Of a stretch of DNA of 64,000 bases, positions 1-8,725 are shown piece by piece. This DNA comes from an uncultured Candidatus Saccharibacteria bacterium. Its GTDB lineage: Bacteria; Patescibacteriota; Minisyncoccia; Phycocordibacterales; Phycocordibacteraceae. The position numbers and the translations under genes were made by a program. Position 1 is the first letter of the stretch. Each line of letters starts with the position of its first letter. The stretch lies in contig CAZSKX010000001.1 in NCBI GenBank assembly GCA_964607655.1, positions 6,314-70,313 of the forward strand, read 5' to 3'. The notes under the pieces were generated by a model. That model was not told where the DNA came from, did no database searches, and saw nothing but the letters and a program-made list of their open reading frames with translations.

Positions 1-46
1 CGGGCAGTCATTTACGGCAGCGTCTGTTGGCTGGACAGGGAACTCT

Positions 47-1516
47 GTGGCGATGTCCGGCTCTGGCCAATACCAGGTGGTGGGCCGAACTTCCAGCGGC
101 CACATTTCGTGGTCAGTCGACTATGGTAAGACTTGGTCGGCAAGTGTGAGCTATGGTGGTGGCGGTTCGGTAAACGGGATGGCGATGTCTTCGGATGGGC
201 GCATCGTTGCGGCAGCCCCAGGCTCTAGCACCACTGGGGTATTCATCGGTGCGGCAAATACCTACTACGCGCCGTCTGTCGTGGGCGCCGGATACTTCGG
301 TATCGGCAATACAGCGCCGGATTATCAGCTTCATGTGGGGAACAGTTCCGTTAGTGGCATAGTCGCAAAGTTTCAGAACTCAACAGGGTTTTGTACGATT
401 AGCCCCACCACGACATCGCTCAGCTGTACGTCAGACGAGCGCCTTAAAAGTGATATACAGGCTCTTGCTCCTGCGCTTTCCCAGGTACGCCTGTTGAATC
501 CTGTAACGTATCAGTGGAACACCGAGAGCGCGTCTACTACCGCACACTCAGGGTTTATTGCACAACAGGTTCAGACCCTTATGCCGGATCTCGTCTCTAC
601 AGATGACGCAGGCTACCTGACCCTCAATTACGCAGGATTGACGACGTACCTCACGAGGGCCATCCAAGAACTCGATGCGCGAGAGCTTACATTCGCAAGC
701 ACCACGACCATGCGACTTGATTCGCTCGAGACGCGACTCGCGATGCTTGAGAGTGGTGCGGTCGCGAGTGGGTCGAGCACAGGTAGTCTAAGCGGCTTCT
801 CCACCTCGAGTCTCGTGGCGGCGCTTGGCAGCCTCGGCGTAGAGATCCAGAACGGCATCGCACAGCTCAAGACCCTGATCGCGCATCGGTTCGTCGCGAG
901 CGTAGCGAGCGACGGGACGAGCTCTGCCGCGACGGTGACGATCGACGCGGGTAGCGAGGGAGTGAAGGTGACCAACTCGCTCGTTGCTCCGTCGACGAAG
1001 ATCTTCGTCACCTTCAACTCGCCCGTGGTAGGGAACTGGTGGGTCGCCGAGAAGCAGGCTGGGTCGTTTAAGATTATGCTCTCGTCGGCGCAGACGAGCG
1101 ATGTCTCCTTCGACTACTTCCTCGTCCAGACTGAGGGTCAGCTCACGACGCCAGAGACGGCGACGAGCTCGCCAGCCTATAGCATCGAGCAGATCGGTGG
1201 TGGCCCGGTACAGATCCCGACCGTTGAGCCCGTGAGTACTCCTCCTACGACCGACGCGGGTGGCGATGCGCCTGCGACCTCGACCCCGCCGACGTCCGCC
1301 GATACCGGTAGCGCGACCTCGACACCGATCACCGTGACGGATGTTCCGCCAGCCGACTCTTCGATGACAACGCCAGACACTACGACCGCCACCGACCCTG
1401 CGCCAGTAGAGGAGGCGCCCGCTCCTGATCCGACACCAGAACCAGTACCGGCAAACGATCTTGCGCCAGCACCCGACACGACCACTACTGATACGAATTC
1501 CACACCCGCACAGTGA
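47..1516 (+). CDS. Secreted or surface protein with an internal peptidase S74 (tail-fibre/endosialidase) intramolecular chaperone-like domain and a Pro/Thr-rich C-terminus. The frame is open back to the window start, so the 5' end may be truncated.
   Basis: The segment SDERLKSDIQALAPALSQVRLLNPVTYQWN...GFIAQQVQTLMPDLV...GYLTLNYAGLTTYL matches the S74 chaperone-domain consensus. The 489-aa ORF has a P/T/D-rich tail. Confidence 0.6.
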   Translation: MAMSGSGQYQVVGRTSSGHISWSVDYGKTWSASVSYGGGGSVNGMAMSSDGRIVAAAPGSSTTGVFIGAANTYYAPSVVGAGYFGIGNTAPDYQLHVGNSSVSGIVAKFQNSTGFCTISPTTTSLSCTSDERLKSDIQALAPALSQVRLLNPVTYQWNTESASTTAHSGFIAQQVQTLMPDLVSTDDAGYLTLNYAGLTTYLTRAIQELDARELTFASTTTMRLDSLETRLAMLESGAVASGSSTGSLSGFSTSSLVAALGSLGVEIQNGIAQLKTLIAHRFVASVASDGTSSAATVTIDAGSEGVKVTNSLVAPSTKIFVTFNSPVVGNWWVAEKQAGSFKIMLSSAQTSDVSFDYFLVQTEGQLTTPETATSSPAYSIEQIGGGPVQIPTVEPVSTPPTTDAGGDAPATSTPPTSADTGSATSTPITVTDVPPADSSMTTPDTTTATDPAPVEEAPAPDPTPEPVPANDLAPAPDTTTTDTNSTPAQ

Positions 1517-1556
1517 TATGATGAGGACATATATTATTACTTAGTACCTTCACAAC

Positions 1557-2573
1557 ATGGCTATTCGCGTTGCAATTAACGGATTTGGGAGAATCGGGCG
1601 CGCCTTCGCGCGTCGAAGTGCGGGGCGAGGGGTCGAGATCGTCGCGATCAATGACCTCGGCTCGATCGACAACCTCGCGTACCTCCTTAAGTACGACACG
1701 GTTTATAAGCGTGCGCCCTTTAATGTCGAGGCGAAGGGGGGCGCACTCTATATCGACGACCACGAGGTGAAGTTTCTTCAGGAGAAGGACCCGTCGAAGC
1801 TGCCTTGGGGTGCGCTTAACATCGACGTGGTGATCGAGTCGACAGGCCTCTTTACCGACTACGCGAAGGCGAAGGTACACCTCGACGCGGGGGCGAAGCG
1901 CGTCGTGATCACCGCGCCGAGTAAAGATGATGACCCGATTGGGGCGACGGTACTTATGGGGATCAACGAAGGACAGCTCGCTACCTGTCAGATTTCTTCA
2001 AACGGGTCTTGCACGACAAACGCGGCGAGTCCAGTCATTGCGATCCTCGACGAGGCACTCGGGATCGAGAAGGCGATCCTCTCGACGACCCACGCTTACA
2101 CCGCGAGTCAGGGAATCGTCGACGGTCCCGCGAAGAAAGATATGAAAGAGGGTAGAGCCGCGGCGCAGAACATCGTCCCGACCTCGACAGGCGCTGCCGT
2201 CTCGGTGACGAAGGCCTATGCACCACTCACCGGTAAGTTCGATGGGATCTCGCTGCGTGTGCCGGTGCCGGCTGGCTCGATCGCGGACGTTACCTTTATA
2301 AGTAAACGAGACACAACTCCCGAAGAGGTGAATGACATCTTGCGTAAGGCGGCGAAGGACCCGCGTTGGGAGGGGGTCTTCACGATCACCGACGAAGAGC
2401 TCGTCAGTAGCGACATCGTGGGCGAGCCGCACGCCTCGATCGCCGACCTCGGGATGACGCGCGTCGTAGGGGGCAACCTCGTGAAGGTCCTCGCCTGGTA
2501 TGACAACGAGATGGGCTACACCGAGGCGCTGGTGCGCCACGTGCTGAAGGCGGGAACGCTCACCGGCTCATAA
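1557..2573 (+). CDS. gap: Glyceraldehyde-3-phosphate dehydrogenase
   Basis: N-terminal INGFGRIGR NAD-binding motif and the catalytic SCTTN motif. 338 aa. Confidence 0.9.
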   Translation: MAIRVAINGFGRIGRAFARRSAGRGVEIVAINDLGSIDNLAYLLKYDTVYKRAPFNVEAKGGALYIDDHEVKFLQEKDPSKLPWGALNIDVVIESTGLFTDYAKAKVHLDAGAKRVVITAPSKDDDPIGATVLMGINEGQLATCQISSNGSCTTNAASPVIAILDEALGIEKAILSTTHAYTASQGIVDGPAKKDMKEGRAAAQNIVPTSTGAAVSVTKAYAPLTGKFDGISLRVPVPAGSIADVTFISKRDTTPEEVNDILRKAAKDPRWEGVFTITDEELVSSDIVGEPHASIADLGMTRVVGGNLVKVLAWYDNEMGYTEALVRHVLKAGTLTGS

Positions 2574-2574
2574 T

Positions 2575-2859
2575 ATGCAGTCAAACCATCAATTATATAG
2601 GCTGCTCAGCATACTTGCTGGCGTTACCTTTGTTCTTCGGGCGCTTTTCTTGGTGGTTTTTTCTAATCCAGGGTTCTACGTTGAGAAAGTGCCTAAATCT
2701 GAATTAGTGTGGTGGGGAGGTTTGCTGGCGGTGCAAGGAATCTGCTTTATTTTGGCGCTTCTATTTAGAAGCAAATCACCATCTGATTATCGAAAAGCTT
2801 CGATTGTGATGGCGGTTGCGTTATTGGCGGGAGTTTTACCATTCGTTTACTCGGCTTGA
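2575..2859 (+). CDS. Hypothetical small membrane protein (3 predicted TM helices)
   Basis: 94-aa hydrophobic ORF whose start overlaps the gap stop (TAATATG). AT-richer codon usage than its neighbours. Confidence 0.4.
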   Translation: MQSNHQLYRLLSILAGVTFVLRALFLVVFSNPGFYVEKVPKSELVWWGGLLAVQGICFILALLFRSKSPSDYRKASIVMAVALLAGVLPFVYSA

Positions 2860-2863
2860 TTGT

Positions 2864-3298
2864 ATGAAAATATATTTTGCATCAGACCACGCGGGTTTTG
2901 AGCTGAAGAAGCTGCTTATCGAGCGCGTGCGAGCATTGGGTCACGAGGTTGAAGATGTGGGCGCAACTGAATATAACGCCGAAGACGATTATCCAGACTT
3001 TATCGCTCCCTGTGCGCAGAAGGTTGCGGCAGAGGATGGGTCCCTTGGGATTGTCCTCGGTAAGTCAGGCCAAGGTGAGGCGATGGTCGCCAACCGGGTA
3101 AAGGGTATCCGCGCGGCGGTCTATTATGGCGGGAATACTGAGCTAGTGAGACTTACCCGCGAGCACAATAACGCGAACGTCCTCTCCCTCGGAGCCGGAT
3201 TTCTGACTCCAGAGGAGGCGGGGGAGGTGGTAGACCGATTCCTTAGTGCCTCTTTTTCACATGACGACCGGCACGTACGCCGTCTGGCGAAGTTTTAG
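2864..3298 (+). CDS. rpiB: Ribose-5-phosphate isomerase B (RpiB/LacAB family)
   Basis: MKIYFASDHAGFELKK N-terminus, typical length ~145 aa. The start was chosen at the internal ATG of the listed ORF. Confidence 0.8.
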   Translation: MKIYFASDHAGFELKKLLIERVRALGHEVEDVGATEYNAEDDYPDFIAPCAQKVAAEDGSLGIVLGKSGQGEAMVANRVKGIRAAVYYGGNTELVRLTREHNNANVLSLGAGFLTPEEAGEVVDRFLSASFSHDDRHVRRLAKF

Positions 3299-3313
3299 GG
3301 CTATACTATATAT

Positions 3314-4030
3314 ATGAAGTTTATTGTGCCGGCGATCTTGCCGAGCTCATATCATGACCTGAAGGAGAAGCTCGTCTTTCTCGATCATATTCCTCCGCGG
3401 CGGGTCCAGATCGATGTGGTTGACGGGGAGTTCGCTTGGCCGCCATCGTGGCCCTTCCTCGCGGGCACAGAACTACACACGCTCGTCGCCCAAGGAGAAA
3501 GTCTTCCACATCTCGACCGGATCGAGTACGAAGCAGACTTGATGTGTAAAGACCCTGAGGCGATCGCGACTGACCTGGTTAATTTCGGCGTCACGCGGCT
3601 CACGCTCCACGTCGAAGGTATGGGTGATATTAAGACAATGCTCGACCGCATGCGCCGCACCTACTCAGCTGAGGCGAACTTCTCGCTCTATCTCTTCTCG
3701 ATGGGGCTCGCCGTTAACGTCGACACCGATGCGTCAGTGCTCGACCCTTTTGTTGATGATCTTGAATACGTGCAGATTATGGGTATCGACAAGATCGGGG
3801 TCCAAGGCCAACCGTTTAATCCTAAAGTGATCGAGAAGGTGCGCGACTTCCGCAGGAAACACCCGAAGATTATTATCCAAATCGATGGTGGCGTCTCGCT
3901 CGAGAATGCACGCGAGCTCGTGGCCGCTGGCGCATCGCGTTTTGTCGTCGGTTCAGCACTTCTGAACTCGATCGATGTCGTGAACACTTTTAAGTCACTT
4001 GAAGCACTGCAAAATCCGTACGGTGAATAA
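3314..4030 (+). CDS. Ribulose-phosphate 3-epimerase-like TIM-barrel protein (divergent; canonical metal-binding His residues substituted)
   Basis: Collinear with Rpe across IVPAILPSSY, IDVVDGEF (DGHF in Rpe), LTLHVEG, IQIDGGVSLENARELVAAGASRFVVGSA. Confidence 0.6.
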   Translation: MKFIVPAILPSSYHDLKEKLVFLDHIPPRRVQIDVVDGEFAWPPSWPFLAGTELHTLVAQGESLPHLDRIEYEADLMCKDPEAIATDLVNFGVTRLTLHVEGMGDIKTMLDRMRRTYSAEANFSLYLFSMGLAVNVDTDASVLDPFVDDLEYVQIMGIDKIGVQGQPFNPKVIEKVRDFRRKHPKIIIQIDGGVSLENARELVAAGASRFVVGSALLNSIDVVNTFKSLEALQNPYGE

Positions 4031-4051
4031 TCAGTACGTTATACTAGAGAG

Positions 4052-4909
4052 ATGAGATTGTTCGATTCGGGGACGAAAGATCTTGAAGAACGGGCGCGTG
4101 CGATCCGCGAGACGATCATCAAGATGCTCGTCGCGGCGGGCAGTGGACACACTGCGGGCCCGCTCGGGCTCGCCGACATCTTCGCAGCGTTTTACTTCAA
4201 CATCCTTAAGCACGATCCGAAGCGGCCGAACTGGAGCGAGCGCGACTGGCTGATTCTCTCAAACGGTCACACCGTCCCCGTCCGCTATGCGGCGATGGCA
4301 CACGCCGGCTACTTCTCCCTTGAGGAGGCTATGACGCTGCGCAAGTTTGGGAGCCGTATCCAAGGCCACCCGGAGCGCACTCGTCTGCCGGGCCTCGAGA
4401 CGACCTCGGGTCCGCTCGGTGAGGGGCTCTCCCAAGCATCCGGTATCGCGTATGCGCACCGCATGGACAAGAAGAAGAACCGCATCTACTGCGTGATGAG
4501 CGACGGGGAACAGGAGGAGGGAAACACCTGGGAGGCGGTGATGTTCGCCGGGAAGTACAAGCTCAGTAACCTCACCGCCGTGATGGACCGTAACAATATC
4601 CAGATCGACGGGATGACTGAAGACGTGATGCCGCTCGACTCGCTCGCTGATAAGTACCGGGCCTTCAACTGGCACGTACTTGAAGTAGACGGACACAATA
4701 TTCGCCAGTTTATCGATGCAGTCGAAGAGGCAAAGGCGATCGTCGAGAAGCCGACGCTTATCATCGCGCACACGATCCCTGGGAAGGACGTCCCCGAGAT
4801 CGAGTACGACTTCCGGTGGCACGGTAAGCCACCGACCAAAGAAGAAGGGAAGCAGTTTTTGAAGGAGTTACGCAGCATGAAAGGGCGCTTGAAACACGAG
4901 TATGCTTAA
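4052..4909 (+). CDS. tkt: Transketolase, N-terminal (TPP-binding) subunit of a split enzyme
   Basis: GSGHTAGPLG and DGEQEEGNTWEA motifs. 285 aa. Overlaps the next gene by 8 nt. Confidence 0.85.
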   Translation: MRLFDSGTKDLEERARAIRETIIKMLVAAGSGHTAGPLGLADIFAAFYFNILKHDPKRPNWSERDWLILSNGHTVPVRYAAMAHAGYFSLEEAMTLRKFGSRIQGHPERTRLPGLETTSGPLGEGLSQASGIAYAHRMDKKKNRIYCVMSDGEQEEGNTWEAVMFAGKYKLSNLTAVMDRNNIQIDGMTEDVMPLDSLADKYRAFNWHVLEVDGHNIRQFIDAVEEAKAIVEKPTLIIAHTIPGKDVPEIEYDFRWHGKPPTKEEGKQFLKELRSMKGRLKHEYA

Positions 4910-5894
4910 CAGCGACGCGGTCATCTCAGATAAAGTATTTACCTCGGCGATCGAGAAGAAGCCGACGCGTGACGGCTTTGGCAAAGGGGTCGTGGTCGCC
5001 GGACAACGCGACCCGAACGTGGTCGTGCTCTGTGCTGACCTGAAGGAATCGACCCGCGCAGAAGAATTTGAAAAAGCCTTTCCCGATCGTTTCGTCGAGA
5101 TGGGCGTGGCAGAGCAGAACATGGCCACGGTAGCCGCCGGGATGGCGCTTGCCGGAAAGGTCCCTTTTATCACGAGCTACGCAGCCTTTAATCCCGGGCG
5201 TAATTACGAGCAGATCCGTACGACCATCGCCTTAAACGACGTGCCGGTGAAAGTCTGTGGTATGCACGCAGGAGTTTCCGTCGGCCCAGACGGCGCGACA
5301 CACCAGATGCTCGAAGATATTGCGATGATGCGCGTACTGCCCAACATGACGGTCGTTGTACCTGCCGATGCTGAAGAGGCACGTAAGGCGACGATCGTCG
5401 CTGCAACAACGGGCAAGCCTATGTACCTTCGCTTCGGACGATCGGCAACGCCGGTGTTCACGACCGTAACCTCGCCCTTCACGATCGGCAAGGCGCTCAC
5501 ACTCTGGAACTGTGACGCGCCACGACTCGCGATCCTCTCGACAGGGTCTACGAGCTACGCAGCACTCGTCGCAGCAGAGAAGCTCTCGCGCGGCGGGATC
5601 GGCGTCATGGTCCTTCACTTCGCGACGGTAAAGCCGCTCGATGAGACGGCGGTCCTCACCGCAGCGAAGCGTGCCGGGCAGGTACTTACAGTAGAAGAGC
5701 ACCAGATAGCGGGAGGGTTCGGCTCTGCGGTGGCAGAGTGCCTCGCCGAGCACGCGCCGACGCGTGTCGTGCGAATCGGTATTCGCGATCAGTTTGGACA
5801 ATCAGGAGATCCTGAGGAGCTACTTACGCACTACGGTATCGACGCTGACGCGATCGAGCGCACTGCGCGGCACATGCTCCACGCTCGCTCTTAG
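4902..5894 (+). CDS. tkt: Transketolase, C-terminal (pyrimidine-binding) subunit
   Basis: FVEMGVAEQNMATVAAGMA motif. 330 aa. Confidence 0.85.
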   Translation: MLNSDAVISDKVFTSAIEKKPTRDGFGKGVVVAGQRDPNVVVLCADLKESTRAEEFEKAFPDRFVEMGVAEQNMATVAAGMALAGKVPFITSYAAFNPGRNYEQIRTTIALNDVPVKVCGMHAGVSVGPDGATHQMLEDIAMMRVLPNMTVVVPADAEEARKATIVAATTGKPMYLRFGRSATPVFTTVTSPFTIGKALTLWNCDAPRLAILSTGSTSYAALVAAEKLSRGGIGVMVLHFATVKPLDETAVLTAAKRAGQVLTVEEHQIAGGFGSAVAECLAEHAPTRVVRIGIRDQFGQSGDPEELLTHYGIDADAIERTARHMLHARS

Positions 5895-6874
5895 AGAGGC
5901 GTGACTACGTAGTCAGCAGGTGCTTCAGCAAGAAGCTTCTCAAGCGCTTCTCGAGAGAGAAGGCCTTTTTGTGCGCCGATTTCTTGTACAACGGCCATCG
6001 AGTTCACTGGGCCCCAGAGCAGAGCCTCGTCAAGCGGTTTCCCGAGCGCGAGGGCGGCCACGATAGTCGAGGTGCACGCGTCACCAGCACCGGTGCGCTC
6101 AAAAGGAGGCTTTGGATCAGGGTACATCGGGACCTTAAGTACGCGCGCGCCGTCTGAGGCGTAGGCACCGCGTGGACCGTCGGTGATCACGACCACCTTT
6201 GGTCCAAGCGTGTGCATTTGTTCGAGCAGAGACTTGAGGTCGGTATCGCCAAGGCCGAGAATACGCTCGGCTTCTTGCTTGTTGCAGGCGAGGAGCTCGG
6301 TCACTTGGTAGAGGGGAGCAAGGGTGTCTTTACCCATTTCGATCTGGAAGGTGCCGGGTTGGAAGGCGAGTTTTGTCTCGGGGTGTGCGGCTATCCACGC
6401 GGCTAGATCAAGATGGAATTGTTTCGAATTAACGCTTGCCGATGAGAGGTAGATCCAGCGCGGGGGAGTGAACCCTTCAGGGATTGCATAGGGATACGCC
6501 TCGTGACGGATGAGGATCGTGCGCTCCTCTTCGTACCAGAGCACGTAGTGGTGATTCGTCGGGAGGTCGCTGTTTACGGCGACGTTGGAGACGTCAACCT
6601 TTTCTTCTTTGAAGTGCTCGAGCGTTAGCCTTCCGTAGTCGTCATTGCCGACGTTTGAGATAAAGCCCGAAGAGAGTCCGAGGCGTGCCGCCGCGACAGC
6701 AGCGTTCGCTGCGTTACCAACACCAGCAAGAAGTACGGAGAATTCAAAAGGAATCTTATCGCCCCACTTCATCGAGATGGTGCAGTTGTCGTTATTGATA
6801 TCGCAGGTGACCTTCGCATCTTTCAGTCGGATAAACTCGTCGGTGGCGGTGTCGCCGATTGCAATGAAATCCAT
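5891..6874 (-). CDS. PfkB/ribokinase-family carbohydrate kinase (possible 6-phosphofructokinase or ribokinase)
   Basis: C-terminal TGAGDA anion-hole motif. The GVGNAANAA segment looks like the family's substrate-binding region. Start placed at the internal MDFIAIGD ATG. Confidence 0.7.
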   Translation of the reverse strand: MDFIAIGDTATDEFIRLKDAKVTCDINNDNCTISMKWGDKIPFEFSVLLAGVGNAANAAVAAARLGLSSGFISNVGNDDYGRLTLEHFKEEKVDVSNVAVNSDLPTNHHYVLWYEEERTILIRHEAYPYAIPEGFTPPRWIYLSSASVNSKQFHLDLAAWIAAHPETKLAFQPGTFQIEMGKDTLAPLYQVTELLACNKQEAERILGLGDTDLKSLLEQMHTLGPKVVVITDGPRGAYASDGARVLKVPMYPDPKPPFERTGAGDACTSTIVAALALGKPLDEALLWGPVNSMAVVQEIGAQKGLLSREALEKLLAEAPADYVVTPL

Positions 6875-6987
6875 ATGGAAGGAGTCTACCACACGCACTC
6901 GCCCAATTTTTTGCTCCTTCGGGCCCTGGCGAGGACTGGGGCAGCCAGTCGCAGAAAAATTGGGCGAGTGCGTGTTACGATACACGC

Positions 6988-7986
6988 ATGACTGATCTTG
7001 TTGCAGGTGCGCGATCGCTTTTTCAACCTGGTAAAGGACTGCTTGCTGCTGATGAGAGCGTGGTGAGTGCGACGAAACGTCTCGCGCAGTACGGCATTCC
7101 TACAAGTGAGGAGATGCGCCGTCTCGACCGAGATCTTTTTCTTAATACCGAAGGGATTGAAGAATATCTCACGGGCGTGATCCTCTTCAGCGAGACGCTT
7201 ACCCAAAAGGGAAATGACAAACTTTTCTTTCCTAAGTCGCTTAAAGACCGTTGGATCCAACCCGGCATCAAGGTAGACCTCGGCATCGAGCCATTTCCGG
7301 CCAGCCCGAAAGAGACGATCACCAACGGCCTGCTTGATTTGCCGCAGCGGCTTGAAGAATATAAAAAGTCAGGAGTTACCTTTACTAAGTGGCGTGCGGT
7401 GATCCGTATCGAAGGCGACCTCTTGCCGTCCTCAAGCGCGATCCTCGAGAACGCGAAGCGTCTCGCGACCTATGCTAAAGAGGTGCAGGCCGCAGGGCTC
7501 GTCCCGATCCTCGAGCCCGAGGTGCTTCTGGAAGGGAAGCATTCTCGCGCCCGCGCTCGCGCGGTGATCGAAGAGGTGATGGGAGTGCTGTTCTCGACTC
7601 TCGAAGAAAACGCCGTCGATCGCGCAAGCGTCGTGCTTAAGACGGCGATGGCGCTCACGGGCGAAGGTGCGGGAGTGCTCGATCTCCCCGATGAGGTGGC
7701 GAAGGATACGGTCGACGCCCTCATGGCGACGGTGCCGCGCCAGATCGCGGGGGTAGTATTCCTTTCTGGAGGACAGACACCCGATCAAGCGACCGAGAAT
7801 CTCGCGGCGATTACCCGCTATGCACGGAAGGTGCAGGCGCCGTGGCCGATGACCTTCTCCTACGCGCGCGCGCTTCAAGAAGAGGCGCTCGCGATCTGGA
7901 AAGGGAAGCCCGAGAATGTCCCTCCCGCACGCGCTGCCTTTATAGAACGACTCAAGAAGGTCTCGGCCGCTGCTGCCGAGGGTTAA
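6988..7986 (+). CDS. fba: Fructose-bisphosphate aldolase, class I (eukaryotic-type)
   Basis: LLAADES, TKWRAV and VFLSGGQT motifs. 332 aa. Confidence 0.8.
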   Translation: MTDLVAGARSLFQPGKGLLAADESVVSATKRLAQYGIPTSEEMRRLDRDLFLNTEGIEEYLTGVILFSETLTQKGNDKLFFPKSLKDRWIQPGIKVDLGIEPFPASPKETITNGLLDLPQRLEEYKKSGVTFTKWRAVIRIEGDLLPSSSAILENAKRLATYAKEVQAAGLVPILEPEVLLEGKHSRARARAVIEEVMGVLFSTLEENAVDRASVVLKTAMALTGEGAGVLDLPDEVAKDTVDALMATVPRQIAGVVFLSGGQTPDQATENLAAITRYARKVQAPWPMTFSYARALQEEALAIWKGKPENVPPARAAFIERLKKVSAAAAEG

Positions 7987-8027
7987 AGTTGCAAAAAAGC
8001 CATTAATACGGCATACTCGCTTCTATT

Positions 8028-8660
8028 ATGATTACGTTACCGGTAGAGAAGCGAGAGGCTGGCGATGCAGCAGAACTGCGTCGAACAGGTAAGGTTCCGG
8101 GTGTTGTTTACGGCGCGCACCACGAGTCGACGCCCATCGCGATAGATGCGGTCGCATTTAGTAAGGCGCTTAAGGCGGCTGGCGAAGCGACAGTGGTGTC
8201 CTTGACTGGTCTCGGGGAGGCTGTGCCAACCCTTATCCACCAGGTTGATCTCGACCCGCTCACGAGCCAGCCACAGCACGTCGACTTCTACGCCGTCACG
8301 AAGGGTGAGAAGGTGCAGGTCCACGTACCGCTCGAGTTTATCGGCGAGTCAGCAGCAGTGAAGGCTGGCGCCAACCTCGTGAAGGTGCTTCACGAGATCG
8401 AAGTCGAGGCCGACCCGATGCTCCTTCCGCGCGATCTTAAGGTCGACCTCGCGATGCTTGTGAATTTGAATGACCAGATCCACGTGCGCGATATTACGAT
8501 CCCTGCCAACGTCACGCTCGTGACGGGTGAAGAGGAAGTCATCGCGATCGCCCAGGAAGTCGCTCAAGAGCGCGAGGAAGTCGCACCAGCAGACATCTCA
8601 GCGGTAGAAATCGAGAAGAAAGGCAAAGAGGAGGAAGCGGCTGCCGCAGAAGCAGCATAA
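8028..8660 (+). CDS. rplY: 50S ribosomal protein L25 / general stress protein Ctc
   Basis: N-terminal REAGDAAELRRTGKVPGVVYG. 210-aa Ctc-type length. Confidence 0.8.
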   Translation: MITLPVEKREAGDAAELRRTGKVPGVVYGAHHESTPIAIDAVAFSKALKAAGEATVVSLTGLGEAVPTLIHQVDLDPLTSQPQHVDFYAVTKGEKVQVHVPLEFIGESAAVKAGANLVKVLHEIEVEADPMLLPRDLKVDLAMLVNLNDQIHVRDITIPANVTLVTGEEEVIAIAQEVAQEREEVAPADISAVEIEKKGKEEEAAAAEAA

Positions 8661-8678
8661 CGCAAGGTTTCGTGTGCG

Positions 8679-8710
8679 TAAGACGGCCCCAACGGGGCCG
8701 TCTTCATTTG
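8679..8710 (+). terminator. Rho-independent terminator after rplY
   Basis: Hairpin AAGACGGCCCC-AAC-GGGGCCGTCTT followed by CATTTGTT. Confidence 0.6.
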
Positions 8711-8725
8711 TTATAATAAAGAACA

